This document shows, piece after piece, positions 1 through 13,648 of a stretch of DNA of 64,000 nucleotides. Every line of letters starts with the position of its first letter. The first letter of the stretch is position 1. Source of the DNA: Cycas panzhihuaensis (Eukaryota > Plantae > Cycadophyta); NCBI GenBank assembly GCA_023213395.1, contig CM041465.1, forward strand, positions 142,855,741 to 142,919,740. The letters are read 5' to 3'. Under the pieces are notes generated by a model. That model was not told where the DNA came from. It was given only the letters and a program-made list of their open reading frames with translations, and ran no database searches. A program made the position numbers and the translations under genes.

Positions 1-1640
1 ACACCTTTACCTTTATCTTAAACACAATCAAAGTGATAACAATTATTTTCTTTGAACACAATATTCTCATTGACCATGACCTTTCTTGCTTTGGGATCAT
101 ATACTTTATAAGATTTGGAAACATAACTATAGCCAATAAATATATATTTAATGCTTTTATCATTTGGCTTAATCCTCTTTTATTTAGGGACATGGACATA
201 AGTTAGGCAACCAAAGATTCTTAAATGATGGACAGTAAGTTTATATCTAGTCTATGCTTCTTTATGTATCATCCACCTAAGGGCCTTGGTGGTATACTTA
301 TTAAGTAAGTAGATTGCAATGTGGATAGCTTCTACCTAAAACTTAGGTCTCAAGTTTTTATCTTTCAAAATGCACCTAGTTATTCAATTATGGTACGATT
401 CTTTCATTTGACAACCCCATTTTGTTGAGGAGTGTAGGGGTTGGTGTGTTGTCTTTTGATGCTATGATGTATACAATAGGCATTAAACTCGTTTGAAATA
501 AACTCTCCCCTATTATCTAATCTTAGGGAGAGTATTTTATGTCTACTTTATCTTTCTATAAAGGTTTTGAAGTTGATGAAACATTTGAATGCATCTGATT
601 TAAACTTCAAGAAATAAACCCATATTTTCTTTATGTAAGCATTAATAAATGTAAGGAAATATTTAGCACTTACTAATGATGGGACATCCATAGGGCCACA
701 AAGATTTGTATAGATTAGATGGAGTGGTCCTTTTTCTCTATAGCTACCATTAGGAAAACCTTCCCTATGTTGTTTTCCGAAGAGACAACCTTCACAAATA
801 TCTTTGTTAGCTTCAATGTGAGGTAGCCCATCAATCATATCCATTTTCTTCATGAGAGCTAAACTGCTATAATTTAGATAGCCAAATTGTTTATTCCATA
901 TATCATTATTAAGCTTGACTATAATTTTCAAAGCATAGTTATCTGATGGGATGAGAACTAGCTTGATGAGTCTATCATTGGTTATTTGTCCTTTGGTAAC
1001 TATCGCTTTATTCTTCCTCTTATCCTTAATGATATATTCACCATTGCCAAATATAACTTTATAGTCTTAATCTATCATCTGTCCCACTGATAAAAAAATT
1101 TTCTTCAAAGTTGGTACATAGAGAACATTGTTTAAGTATCTATTTTCATTTGATTCTGTCATAAAGATTATAGTGCCCCTTCTAGTAGATTCGTGTGAGG
1201 TGTTATCTCCAAACATAATGGATCCCTTGCTAGTTCTATCAATGGTTTGAAATATCTCTTCTTTGTAGTCCATGTGAGTAGAGCAGCCATAATTAATGTA
1301 CCAAAGTCTTCTTCTTTCTTATATGCAACAAAGTTGGATAGGAATAGTTGATCATTTTCCTTTGTTTCAATAATTGTATTGGCACTACCCCTTATAGGAG
1401 GGTCATTCTCGGCAAAACACCTATCGTCTATATGACCAACTTTATTATAGAATGTACAATGAACTAGATCCCTTCTTTTATAGCTAAGACTCCAACTTCG
1501 AGGATTGGTTCTATTAATGGTAGTTATTCTTCCTCTTTCTAAGTATTGAGCTTAGTTATCCCTTTGTCTATTATTTGGATAATTGAAGTTGGCCCTTTGA
1601 GAGTTTATATGGCCTTGACAATAAATAAATGTACTTTATT
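1..1640 (-). mobile_element. Degenerate Ty1/copia fragment (gag zinc knuckle, protease, GAG-pre-integrase, integrase); runs off the window start; same family as copia C
   Basis: Minus-strand CTFYNKVGHIDDRC (decayed CCHC, ~1411-1460), WYINYGCS (~1280-1302, decayed WxxDSG protease motif), ORF 1067-1273 NVLYVPTLKK, ORF 548-931 with CEGCLFGKQHR...LCGPM...YFLTFI integrase motifs. Confidence 0.92.
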
Positions 1641-1739
1641 ATCTTTTATGGCTCAAACTTGGCTTAAGTAGATGGTGGTAGCCTAAGGATGGCTGGTGGT
1701 AGCCCGTTAGTTCCTAAGGTCTATTTGCACACTAATTTA

Positions 1740-2034
1740 GTATAATGAATATTATACTAACAACAAATAAAATGTTTCAATATAAATAGATTTTAGAGAA
1801 ATAAGGTGTATAAATGATGTGCTTCATGTTCCAACACTTAAGAAAAATTGTTATTAGTGGGATAAATGATAAAATAAAAATACAAGATAATCTTTAACAA
1901 TAGGGAATACATTATTAAAGATAAGTTAGGGAACAAAGTAATAGTAGCTAAGGGATAAATGACTAGTGATAAATTATTCAAACTAGTCATTTCCCCAAAT
2001 AGATTATTTTGCCTTAAATGTTATAACTAATATG
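1740..2034 (+). pseudogene. Copia C, 5' piece (post-protease region), interrupted by element B
   Basis: Translates to INDVLHVPTLKK...YIIKDK...AKG*MTSDKLFKLV, collinear with the minus-strand copy at ~930-1150; the frame ALNVITNM joins DSKILYKGLSHVN at 16882. Confidence 0.8.
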
Positions 2035-2320
2035 TGTTGGGTGTAATACCTAATTACATTAACCTTATATAAACTCTCTCTATTATTTATATTTTTATAT
2101 TAGAGGTTGTGGACCACCTAGATATGTGTGCCACCTCTAAGTCGACCAATAGGGTTCTCTCACTAGTGGTGAGCATGTATTATAAGTGTATACTCTTCAT
2201 TCTCTCTAATTGAGTTTTAGACAATTCAACACATAATGTGTTCATGTTGTACATACTTTATTTCTCTTGTACTTTATTATTTATCATTCACCCACTATTA
2301 GATATTTGATATATAGCCTG
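2035..2320 (+). repeat. Element B 5' LTR, left part (completed by 13950-13966)
   Basis: Starts TGTTGG; direct repeat of 16574-16859 with shared blocks such as TGCCACCTCTAAG and GGGTTCTCTCACTAGTGGTGAG. Confidence 0.88.
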
Positions 2321-2618
2321 TGAAACAGATTAATGTCATAAGGTCATTATATTAGTTGATTATTTCTAAAAAGGGTCTTAAGTGAACTTTAAATTAGATT
2401 ATTTAAGTGAAATACATTTTCATGTGTATTATGTGTAATTTCATTTCACCTAACTGTAATGCTCTATCTTTTAATATAAAAGTAAAAGTTCAATGGAGGA
2501 GGCTCATTCTTACCTCCTTATTTTATGAGAGCTACTCTCTTTCTCTCAAGTCTCTCTTGCTCCCATATTTGCCTTTGTATTTAGTGCATAGAGATGAAGG
2601 ATAGATCCACTCTTTTCA
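2321..2618 (+). repeat. Element A 5' LTR
   Basis: TG...CA, 298 bp, direct repeat of 13649-13944, followed by the PBS. Confidence 0.92.
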
Positions 2619-2620
2619 TG

Positions 2621-2632
2621 TGGTATCAGAGC
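2621..2632 (+). promoter_or_regulatory. Primer-binding site (initiator tRNA-Met) of element A
   Basis: TGGTATCAGAGC, 2 nt after the LTR end. Confidence 0.92.
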
Positions 2633-3120
2633 TTGCTTCCTTCATATTCCTCACTTACACTTGTAATGGAGCCATCACTTCCTTCTCCCTCACAATCCAT
2701 ATGGTGAAGGAGATTGTGAAAGTAGATTTAGAAATATTTTCTAGTTTTTATCATAGTATATTTAGTATTGTTTACTTTCCCTTTCTTTTTTGCAAGTTTG
2801 GAAGCACAATACAAGGAGTTGTAAGGCCCAAAGATTCCAATCCTTTAGTGGCCATTTATGCTATCTCATTCTTTTTTTCTTTCCCCTCTTTTTGTCCATT
2901 TAACAAGGAGAAATGCTGTCGAAATTTTTCTAACTTTTAGAAGAATGATTATAAGGGGAGGTTTTACCCACTTTTTTTAAAAGAATTTGGAGCCATTTAA
3001 AATATCCATCATTGTATGTTCTCACCTTGCCCATATTGGAATCTTGGTGATAAAAAAATGATAGAAATTTCATATGGTATTATGTGTTAATAAGATATTA
3101 GCAAGCTAAAAATTTGACAG

Positions 3121-3480
3121 AAATAAATTTTACTTGTTAAATTTCACAAGTCTACAAAATTTTCCATAGAGCTCCAATTGACCTAATTCTAATTGTCAAA
3201 GATGAGGTTATGAGTATACTTTCCATCACAAAAATTGACACCCAATTTTAATGTCATATGAGAAAGTTATTGTCATTTTAGTGAACATTAGTTATTTTTA
3301 GTAAGAATTCTAGAAAAATATATTCTGCTAAGTTTGTGAGACTGCCAAAAAGTTTTTAGAACTCATTTGGACCTGATTCCACTTCCTGAAGATGAAGCTC
3401 TAAGTCTAATTTGTAGTACAAAAATCAGAACTCAATTTAATTATCGTGGGATAAAGTTATTGCTATTTTAGTGAAGACTA
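3121..3480 (+). repeat. Two diverged ~190-bp tandem subrepeats in the leader of A
   Basis: Both units contain GACCT(A/G)ATTC...AAGATGA and end AAAGTTATTG..ATTTTAGTGAA (~3265-3286 and ~3453-3475). Confidence 0.7.
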
Positions 3481-4355
3481 CGTTTTTTTTATATTAAAAA
3501 AAAGTAAAGAAATTTTCTTCCTTCTTTTATAAGGCTTAAAAGTCCATTATAAAAGTGAGTTAAAAAAACATCTGGATCAAAGCAATATCTAGTATCCTCA
3601 CTCACTTATCAGCATTACATTTTAACACTCCAAAATCACTTCAAGTAAGCACTCTAAAGACACTCTAAGCAAGCACTCAAAGTAAACATTCTATTTTTAG
3701 TTATATATACGTTTGATATAAATTCAATAATCTTTTCACTCTCCCTAAATGGAATGCATCACGCACGTTATTTTCTACCATCTTGTACCTATTCACACAC
3801 TCGTCAAGGTTGAGATACTTATGTTGGCATAACACTGTGTAATAAAGGAGGTATGAGTTCCAAATTGGGACTGGACCGAACTAGAATATTGGTGAGGTTT
3901 GGTTACCCATACCATCATGCCTTAATCAGGGATCATCCTGATAACCAACCAGGAAAAATGAAACTTTAATATAAGATTAAAATATACCTAATCTAATATG
4001 TATCATAGCCATGGATACGTATGTACCACTCTTTAGAGGAGGTATATAGTTGCTCATTGGTGAATTGGGTGAGGATTGGGAGTACTTAGGCTCCATTGTG
4101 ACTTAGATTTCATCACCAATCACAATTGCGAGTATCACAGGTGAAGGCCAACTTAATTCTACGAGAAGCCTACACATCCCTTCAACAGCCTCAACTATAT
4201 GTTGGATACAAGTTAGAGGTTATTGGGTTATTACACATCTTACATTTGAGTTTCAAGTTGTGTACACCTAATGATATTAGTTTCTACATTGGCTTATAAT
4301 CTTGTATATTGATCACTTACTTATTTGTAAAAAGTGATCAATAGTATAATTATAA

Positions 4356-4484
4356 TCATAGTGCTTCTTATATTCCTACTGTGTTAGGTTAATATTTGTC
4401 ATAAGTGTTAGTGGCCAATTTTCATCATAGTGTTTCTCATATTTCTACCGTGTTAGGTTAATATTTGTCACAAGTGTTGGTGGC
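4356..4484 (+). repeat. 69-bp tandem duplication in the leader of A
   Basis: TCATAGTG...GTGTTAGGTTAATATTTGTCA.AAGTGTT.GTGGC begins at 4356 and at 4425. Confidence 0.85.
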
Positions 4485-4649
4485 TTTTCTCTAAGTTGCT
4501 CCCTTCATCTTTGAGCAACCATTCTCACTTCTTCTTCCTTCTACTACATTACTTCATTGTATCTTTTACTTATAAATAGTGTTTGGTCATTTATTACTAT
4601 CACTTTTATAGTCCCTTATTCATTTCTTCCATTATTAAAAGATGCTGTG

Positions 4650-7600
4650 TCTTCACAGTTCAAGAAAAATATGAACTGCATTCTTTAAGGGAAAGAAAAT
4701 TGAGACATGTGATTCACTGGTATAAAAAATACTATAAAGTATGAAGGTATTTGGAAAGATCACTTGTAACCTACACCATTTATTGTAGCTATAGCTACCT
4801 CAGCTACTTTTAGAGGAGGTGCTCCAACTAGTCCCACTGAAGCTGTAACTAAATGCTAACAGGAACTTAATGATAATAAAATCTATGCAAGGATACTTCT
4901 TGTCATTGATTATTCCCTACATAATCTCATTAATGAAGTTATATATGATACAGTATAGAAAGTTCTTAAAGTTCTTAAGAAGAACTTTGACACTAAATTG
5001 GACTTAGAATTTGTTCACTTATTGTTAAAGATGAACAAATTAAAAATATAGAAAGGACAGGTAAGTGAGACAATCAATCTCCTTTGTCCAATCAAGCAAG
5101 CCATTAATAAAGATTTTAAAACTTAATACATTACATGGGCTTTCTTAATTCAGTCATGCCTCTATATCCTAGATTACAAAAATCTACAGGGAAGTCTTTA
5201 ATTTAGTGGCACTTTGAAGACCCTAAACTTTGAGGTTCTTGCTGATAACTTTATTGAATTCGATAAGACCTTTGATACTAACTTTGTCACTACATCTGAT
5301 CTAGCTAATGCTACTTTTGAAGTAGAAGAAGATCTTTGTTATACCAAAAATTAAGGTTAATACTCTCGCAAAGGTGGTCCCGTGGAAGAGGCAGAGGTAG
5401 ACAAAAAAGACAATATCCTCTTGGTCGACAGGCTCCTCAACTCCAACAAAAATAGTCTCAAGGCCAACGCCAAAATAATCAACTTGGACTAAGATCTAAT
5501 AATCAAAGATAATCTAACCAGCCTGATACTTCTTATGGGATTGGAAATCAAATAATTGTGTGCCAAAGGTATAATAGGAAATGACACTATGCCAAAAATT
5601 GTAGAACTTACACCAATAAACTACCAAGCTATCAACAACATTATGGTACACATAATGTTGATAACACTTATTTTAAAGATGCTTTTGATAGAACATAATT
5701 TACTTATGCATACCTTCAAAGAATTGGGACCACTTCATCAAATGTTATTGATAGATCCACTAAGTATATTAAGGCTTATTGTGGCTATGCTTATTCACTT
5801 TTGCCTTCACCACTTAGAGTTGTAAACAGTGCCATCTCAAATACTTCATCTTGGATCATGGATACTAGAGCAACACAACACATGACTTATCATCACCAGT
5901 TCTTTCAGGATTTTGACTTTGAAGTTCATGGTGTTATATACATAGTTGACAAATTATCTCAGCCAATTGAAGGACTTGAAACTATTTGTCTGAAACTCCT
6001 AATCCTTCTAGATTTTACCCTTATTAATGTTTTATATATTCCTACTCTGAAGAACCACCTGCTCTCCCTATCTACCTTTATCTCTCATGGTTTTGATCTT
6101 AGTGTAATTGTAAATAATTAAACTCTCTATGTCATTCTCCCTCTTCCAAATACTATGGTTATAACTTGAATTCTTGATGGCAAGCTTTTTCGCCTAAATG
6201 GCTTACCATCATCTGAAGCTAACTATGTTGATAATGACTCTACTTTTACTACAACCCTTACTCCTTAAAGGTTGTCCCAAGTGGCCCTATATCATGCTCG
6301 TATGGGCCATATCAAAATTAATTATTTAAGAGAACTACATGCCACTCTCCCTAGTATGCTTAGGCTCTCCTCTAAGCCCTTCAAATGCGAAACATGTATC
6401 ATTGCAAAATCTTAAAGATAACCCTTTCCTCGTGGTTAGTGGAAATCTAGCCAACCTTTGCAACTTGTACACTCAGATATATGTGCTCTTATACTTATTC
6501 CTTCTCTCAAACAAAAGTGGTACTATATTACTTTCATTGATGATTTTACTAAGAAAGTATGGGTTGCTTTTCTTGCAAAGAAATATGAATCTCTTTCTAT
6601 GTTTCAAGCTTTCAAGGCCCACATGGAAAATGAATCTGGATTTAAGATCAAAATACTCGAGACTGATAATGGTGATGAGTACACATCTAATGAGTCTGAA
6701 TCGTATCTATGTCAGTCTAGAATTAAATATCAGACCATTGTTGAAGGTACACCCTGATAAAATAGAGTTGTCGAGTGTATGAATAGGACCATCATGAATA
6801 TGGCTCGTGATATGCTGGTATATAATAATGTCCCTGTCTATGTTTAGGTTGAGATTATTTAAACTGTTATGTATTACATTAACACTGTTAATCCCTTTAA
6901 GCTTGACCCCTCTTCATATGAAATGTGGTATGGACAAACCCCCTCTATCTCCCACTTCAATATTTTTGGCTCTACTTGTTATGCTCACATTCTGGAGGAA
7001 CACAAAAACAAGCTCCAAGATAGAGCCTTCAAAGCCATCTTTTTCGGATACCCTTTGGATAAAAAGGGGTACAAGGTTTTTATACCTTGATAATGCAAAA
7101 TTATTATCACTAGAGATGTTATCTTTGTAGAGATTGAAGATCATTTACTCAGACTTGACTTTAAGATACCTTTATACTAATTTAATGATGCTACTGAATT
7201 TTATATCTAGATTCTAAAATTTAAAGGGGAAGATACTCAATAGTTGCTCAAAATCTTAGAATATGACAATAGAACCCTAGAGGATATAATCTATGGCTCC
7301 TAACCAATGTGTACGTATCTAGTACCATTATTTACAAATAACTAAGTTTATAAAGGCAAAGTCATAGTAGAAGGACCATCTTCTCCAACATAAGTGGTTA
7401 TCTCATCTTCTCCAGCATCGTCAACTTCCTCTATGCCAAATATTTCACATGATCATTTTAGGATCAAAATGAAGACCAAGAGGTTGTGGAAATAAAAATC
7501 CCATTCCTAACTTGAGGTTTTTGTGAAGCCTACTAACTACGCAAGGGCATACAACCAGATGAGGTAGGTAAAACTGGCACTAGAAGTATGCATAGAGCAA

Positions 7601-9130
7601 CGATGCATGAATTACTTTCTATTGACCTTGAACCAATAGAACTATACCTTGCTCTTAATGAAGAGCCCCTAATATACCAAGAAGTTGTAAAGCATGCAAC
7701 TTGGAGATATGCCATGAATGAAGAGTATCGATCTCTTATCAAGAATGGTACATGGAAGCTTGTTGATCTACCACTTGGAAGAAAGGTAGTTCAAAAATAA
7801 ACGAGATTTTAAAAATAAGTACAGATCAGATGGTACCTTAGAAAAACATAAGGCAGGATTTGTAGCAAAAGGATTCACGCAAAGGGAAGGTATTAACTAC
7901 ATTAAAATATTTCTCCTATAACCAAGTGGCCTACAATTAGAACTCTTATAGCCTTAGCTACTCAATAGGGTCAGAAAATCCACCAACTCGATGTTAAGAC
8001 CGCATTTCTCAATGGGGACCTTAAAAAAGAAATTTACATGGCTAAGCCAAAAGGATACGAGATTGTTGATCAGAAGCATAAGGTTTATAGGCTTAGAAAG
8101 TCCTTGTATGGCCTAAAACAAGCCCCTCATTCTTAGTTTACCAAGTTGTTTAAAAGAATGAGGTAACTTGGATATGAGGTTTATGACTATCAAGATATTG
8201 ATGCAATATTATTCATTAAGTGTCAAAATGATAAAGTTACTTACCTCTTAATCTTTGTGGATGATATGCTAATAATAGGGAATAATGAACAGGTAATCAA
8301 CTAGTTGAAGAAGGACCTTACTAAAACTTTTAAATTGTCTGATCTTGAGTTGATGAAATATTGATTAAGAATTAAAGTAACTCAAAAGAATGGCAAAAAC
8401 TTTCTCTTCCAAGAGAATATATCAATGATCTTCTGACAAAGTTTTAGTTGGAAGGTGCTCGAATAGTGACTACACCCATGGAACCTAATATTAAACTCTC
8501 AGCTAATGGTAACACTAGGAAGGCTAACGCAACACTCTACGGGCAATATGTAGGTAGTCTCATCTATACTACCAATATAAGGATATATATAACACACTCT
8601 GTTGACACTCTTACAAGATTTATGATAAATCCTAAGCAGAATCACTGGTAAGTTGCAATACAAGTGTTGAGGTACCTAAAGACAATTAGAAAATATGGTA
8701 TGTTGTATGAACCCAATGCAAAATTTAAACTTTATGCATACACAAACTCAGACTTTGTTAGAGATAAAGACACGGGAAGATCTACATCTAAGTATGTAAC
8801 ATTTCTTGGAACAACACCATTATCATAGAGATCTAGATGACAAAAGATAATTACTGAATCAACTACCAAAGCTAAATATATTATTACTTCTAAGACAAGC
8901 AAGGAGGTGCTATAGATTAGAAAATTATTAAATACATTAAATGCCATCCAAACAAGTTCTACTAGCTTATATATAGATAATCAATCTATAATCCAAATGG
9001 TTAAAAATCCTGTATTTCATGATCGTACTAAACATATAATTATGAAAGTCCACAGGATTAAAGAACTAGTTTATGATAGTATAATTCAACTAGAATACTA
9101 CCCCATAGTAGATCAAGTGGCCAATATCAT
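4650..9130 (+). pseudogene. Element A gag-pol, disrupted; RNase H tail resumes at 13135-13215
   Basis: Decayed knuckle CQRYNRK*HYAKNC (~5560-5605), WIMDTRATQHMT protease, LVHSDIC...TDNGDEY integrase, [14 protein letters not shown] and FVDD (8254-8265) RT, DQVANI|VFTKPL RNase H; many stops and frameshifts. Confidence 0.92.
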
Positions 9131-12100
9131 TGTAAGTTTTTGGCAGAGAGCAAAAAAGAGAAGAAAACCAAAATAACTTAATCCATATTGTAAAACATGT
9201 GAAACATCATTTGTATTAACCTGAAAGTACATCAAAATTCCTTGAATAGGTGGTGTTGATGAACACTAGGGTATGAAGCCCATGAGATTTATATTTTGAT
9301 GGAGGAGATAAACCTCCTCAACCTCCAATTCAAATTAATATTAAATAGTGTATAACATTCAATACAACCTTACCTAACTTACCATTGAGACTTATGTGTT
9401 GCATACTCTAATATGGGGTGGGGTGATGATCATTAACCTAACATTCTCCCTCTTAATAGTCATCATGTACATCTTTATCTTCTCTTTGAACTTGTGATAC
9501 TTGAACTTCAGGAAGACTTTGAATATTTGTACTTTAGATTTATCATCATTCGTGGAGTGCTCATTAACTCACTTTATCATATTTTCAGTAATGTATGTCT
9601 CTTTAGTATTACGTGGTTTAAAAAATCTCCAAGTAAGTGTGACTTGCTTCAAATGGAGATATGTGGCTATGTCTTTGACTTTATATTCTAGAATCTTTAT
9701 TTTATGAGTAGATATCATGTCATAAGGTTTCTCTCTCTCAAATGAATGATCATCTTCATGTGCAATAATGTGATCGTTCATTTGACTTGAGTCTTCTTCA
9801 TTAGTCTTTTCATCACAATAAACCTGCTCTGACATATGTCTATATAATATCATCATAGTTGAACTCATTCACTTTGAGGGTTTCTCCCTCATAAATAGAT
9901 TGTAATGTATTCCATACAGATTTGGATGTGGTCATTTCATAAATATTAGAAAATATATTATCATCTATGGTACAAAATAATATGGCTAAGGCTTCATTGT
10001 TCCTTTTTATATGTTCTTAGTATTTAGTTCATATCCATCTCTTACATATCTCCAAAGATCATTTATAGTAAAGTATATTTGTATTGTTTTACTCCATCAT
10101 TAAAAATTATGTCCATCAAATATAGGAAATCTTATTTTATTTAGATTCATTGCCATTATAAAAGGAACTTTAGTATATAATAAAAAAACTATGATTTTCA
10201 AATAAAAAGATAAATCCTTAAATGAGCACTTATGATTTTTAATACACTTATGATAAATGAAGTAAATGATAAAGATATTCCTTCTAAATAAACCAAAAAG
10301 AATATAAGCCAATGCCTTTTAAAAATAATTAATCAATGATGAAAATAAATTATTAATGATGTGGTCTTGCTTAGGGTTTTGAAAGGTTCTTTTATCCACT
10401 AAAAAGAAGGACAATATCCAATAAGTAAGATTAAATAAATGATATAATAAAATTTTGAAAAAAAATATTCAAGCAATAACTACTTTTGATAAACCAAAAA
10501 GGAATGCTAATATGCAAATCAATACCTTTGAAATTGAAATAATTTTTTGAAAAATAAAGTGCACAAGCAACTATATGCAGCTTTTATAAATGTAACAATG
10601 AATTAATAAAGCTTCTAATATTAAATGTCCTTAAATTAAGAATATCAAGTGAACTTTTGATGTATATAACTTTAGAAAGGGCTTGTAATTATGTTTTTGC
10701 TATGCACTTTTCAAAAAATATGCCTTTAGAATGAATAATAAACTAATGAACTTAGGATATATGAAGATGATTGTAAATATTCTTAAAATAAGATGAATAA
10801 ACAAGAAAAAATTCCTTTGTAGGTTTATAAACAAACTAGGTAGAATCTTTCATGCAAAGTAAATAAGACCCTTAAGCATACAAATTTGAAATAAAGTGCC
10901 CTTGATAATGAAAAAATAGAGAAGATTGATAAGATTATTTTATCTAAGCTTTAAACTTCAAACAAATAAAGAATAACTTGAGTAAAGAACTAAGCTATTT
11001 GAAATGAAAAATAAGTAATTATTCATTTGAAAAGGTAAAAATAAGGAGTTAAAATGTAGATTTGCCTTTAGTAATATAAATGCTTGAAAGGAGATAACTT
11101 TCTTATTGAAAATAAATAATCAGAATATAAAGAAATACCCGTTTTAATATGTAAGCCCACTTCGCTTGTTAATCATTTTAGTTGTATGAAATCTATCTTC
11201 TGTTATAAGACAGCTTATAAAAATTATACGAGGGCCAAATAAAAGCTTCAAATATGTATAATAAATAATCAATAAAGTAAATATAACCTAGTTGAAATAA
11301 AAATTCCTTAAAGAGTTAAGGAAATAAACCTGTTAAGGTAAAACTGAATGCTAAAGTTTACTAGCTCCAAAGTCTTGCTAAACAATATCAAATTAAATGA
11401 AACTATACCAAATTAAAGAATATTAAAATATCTTTCCAACAGATTTAACCATTTAGAAAACAGGCTCCTTCAATTCAAGATATTAATAATCAAGTGAAAT
11501 GACCCTTTTTTGGGATTTAACCGAATCCATGGGGCTTAAAAAGTTACAAAATGCTAATAAAAACTTTATGAAATAATGTAAAGAAGATTAGATATAAATT
11601 AGAAGCTTCTTAGTATGCCTTAAGTCAATTAAACTTGAGAAATAATGTTTTAAAAAATATAAAATAATGAAGAACTAGGAGCACTTGAGTACCTTAACAT
11701 TATCAACTTTGAATATCTACAAAAAAAGGCTTTAAAAATTATAAATAAATATATCAATACAAGGAGAAATAGGCCAGCTTTCTAACAAAATTAACAGATT
11801 TAAAATCTAATGTCAAATAGAAGAGTTATGCAAAAAATGGTGAGGGGTCCTCTTCATATTTAATAAATCAAAGACTAAAAAAAGGTTGACTTTAGATAAT
11901 TAAAAATAGGTCAAATCAAATCAAAAAATAGTAAGTAACTAGTCTACACTATAGCCCTCAAAATTTCAGTCACAATGGAATAGGTTTCATTAGAAACCGG
12001 TACTCCAACGAAAAGATATAGTAAAAAAATATTAGGTATCCTTTATATGAAAAATGAATTAAAAAAATAAGAAGGAAATTTTTATAAGGTTGAAATAGCT

Positions 12101-13134
12101 CCTTTAAAACGAAGCTCAAAGTCACATGAACATGATGGGAGTAGGGGCTAGCTCTTAAAGGGAGCTTAGCTTAACAAAAGGAATTGAAAATTTATAAATA
12201 ATATTTAAATTTTTATAAACTTTAGTAATGATAAAAAATTAACATAATTTAAAAAGTCGAATTGAACCAGACATGAACGGTGACCTGCACACATAGAGAA
12301 GGATGAGCATGATCAATCAAATCAATTGATTCTCACTCAGGAAAGGATATAGAAGGGGGGGTGATCAATCCTCCAAGCCAGAAGAGCTAGAAGACTGAAG
12401 AAGACGCGAACGACACTATAGAACAAAGACAAAATTGATAAAAAAGAGATGAAATTACTTTGTCAATTATATATCTGAGCTAGAGGGACTCTACTGAGGA
12501 CACTCAGGTAGAGAAAACAAGATTGTATAAAAAAATTTCAAAAATATTTAAAAAAATAATGAAAAACTGTGAAGAAACCTTCAAACAAGAGTTGAGATAT
12601 TTCTCTGTAAGCTATGAAATGAGATGAAATTTAACAGGCAGTGAGGTATCCTGAGCAGCAAAGGGCTCATAAAGTTTCACGGTGAGTTGATGCTTGTGTG
12701 CTAAGAATAGACTTGCAGACCAAAAAGAAGCCAAATGAAGTGACTGGAGAACAAATTGAAAAAACTCACAGCAAAATCAATGAAAATACAAACAATTTCT
12801 TCCACTAGCTCACTAGTTCAACTAGGAACACAATGAGTAGTCATATGCTTAGTTTTTAAGTGCTAGATTTGATGCATAGGCCTACCAAATCAAGGCTATA
12901 TAGTCACCCAAAACTAATCGTCAGATACAAAACATGAATTAAAAATATTAACTGAAATAACTTTAGAATATATAAAGTTAAACTTTAATATATTGAAACC
13001 AAACCAACATAGCTGAAGATGAGATGTGAGATAACCAAGTAATAGCGTGGTGCTCTAATACCAAATGTGGGTTGTAGAGGAGTAGAGTGGGACTCACAAT
13101 GAATGCATCTTGAGTTAACATGTGATTTCCAATA
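9131..13134 (-). mobile_element. Element D: gag-only (TR-GAG-like) non-autonomous LTR element, same family as F
   Basis: 3' LTR 9131-9443, PPT (reverse complement of TTCTCCCTCTTAA 9444-9456), PBS TGGTATTAGAGC on the minus strand at 13052-13063, anomalous 69-bp right terminus 13066-13134; positional TSD ATCAT/GTCTT; collinear with F. Confidence 0.85.
9450..10156 (-). pseudogene. Element D single ORF: copia Gag N-terminus, acidic linker, basic tail
   Basis: MAMNLNKIRFPIFDGHNF...DLWRYVRDGYE...IDDNIFSNIYEMTTSKSVWNTL, typical of the DUF4219/Retrotran_gag_2 region; continues in ORF 9569-9868. Confidence 0.8.
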
Positions 13135-13244
13135 GTCTTTACCAAACCGCTGAAGAGGGTGAAATTTGAACAGTTATGAAGGCAACTTAGCCTTAGGTCC
13201 TCCATCTTTAACTGATTGAAGAAGATGACAATAGGACCATCATA

Positions 13245-13352
13245 CTCTGTCTCATTCGTGAAATCTCCTTGTGGGCACAAAAGGACAAGAGTAAGTCTCT
13301 GCTCTATCCCATTTATAAAAATCCCTTGTGGGAACGAAAGGATAAGGGTTGT
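13245..13352 (+). repeat. 57-bp imperfect tandem duplication in the 3' UTR of A
   Basis: CTCT.T..CATT...AAA...CCTTGTGGG.AC.AAAGGA.AAG.GT at 13245 and at 13302. Confidence 0.75.
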
Positions 13353-13648
13353 ATCATTTTGGAAAATTAGAACCTATGAAAACCCAAAAAACCATGGGGG
13401 ATGACCAAATGGTATATGGAGACTTAGTAGATTTTAGCTACAAAATTTATTGTACTAATTGGCTATATAGATTCATTTAAAGAGTCACTTAATCCAGGTT
13501 AGTAGATTAGAAAATCTGTGGGTTTTCTTCCCCACGAGGGTTTCCCACAAAAGTGTCATAGTAGTTTACTTTATAAGAAACTCAAATGAAGACCTCATAG
13601 GATAGAATAAAACAGGATGAAATAACCTTCTACCATTAAAGAGGAGAT

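Noticed and set aside
2407-2604. Similar short ORFs at 2407-2604 and 13735-13923 as a duplicated small gene
   Set aside because: Both lie inside the two LTRs of element A, start at GTG and have no protein motif
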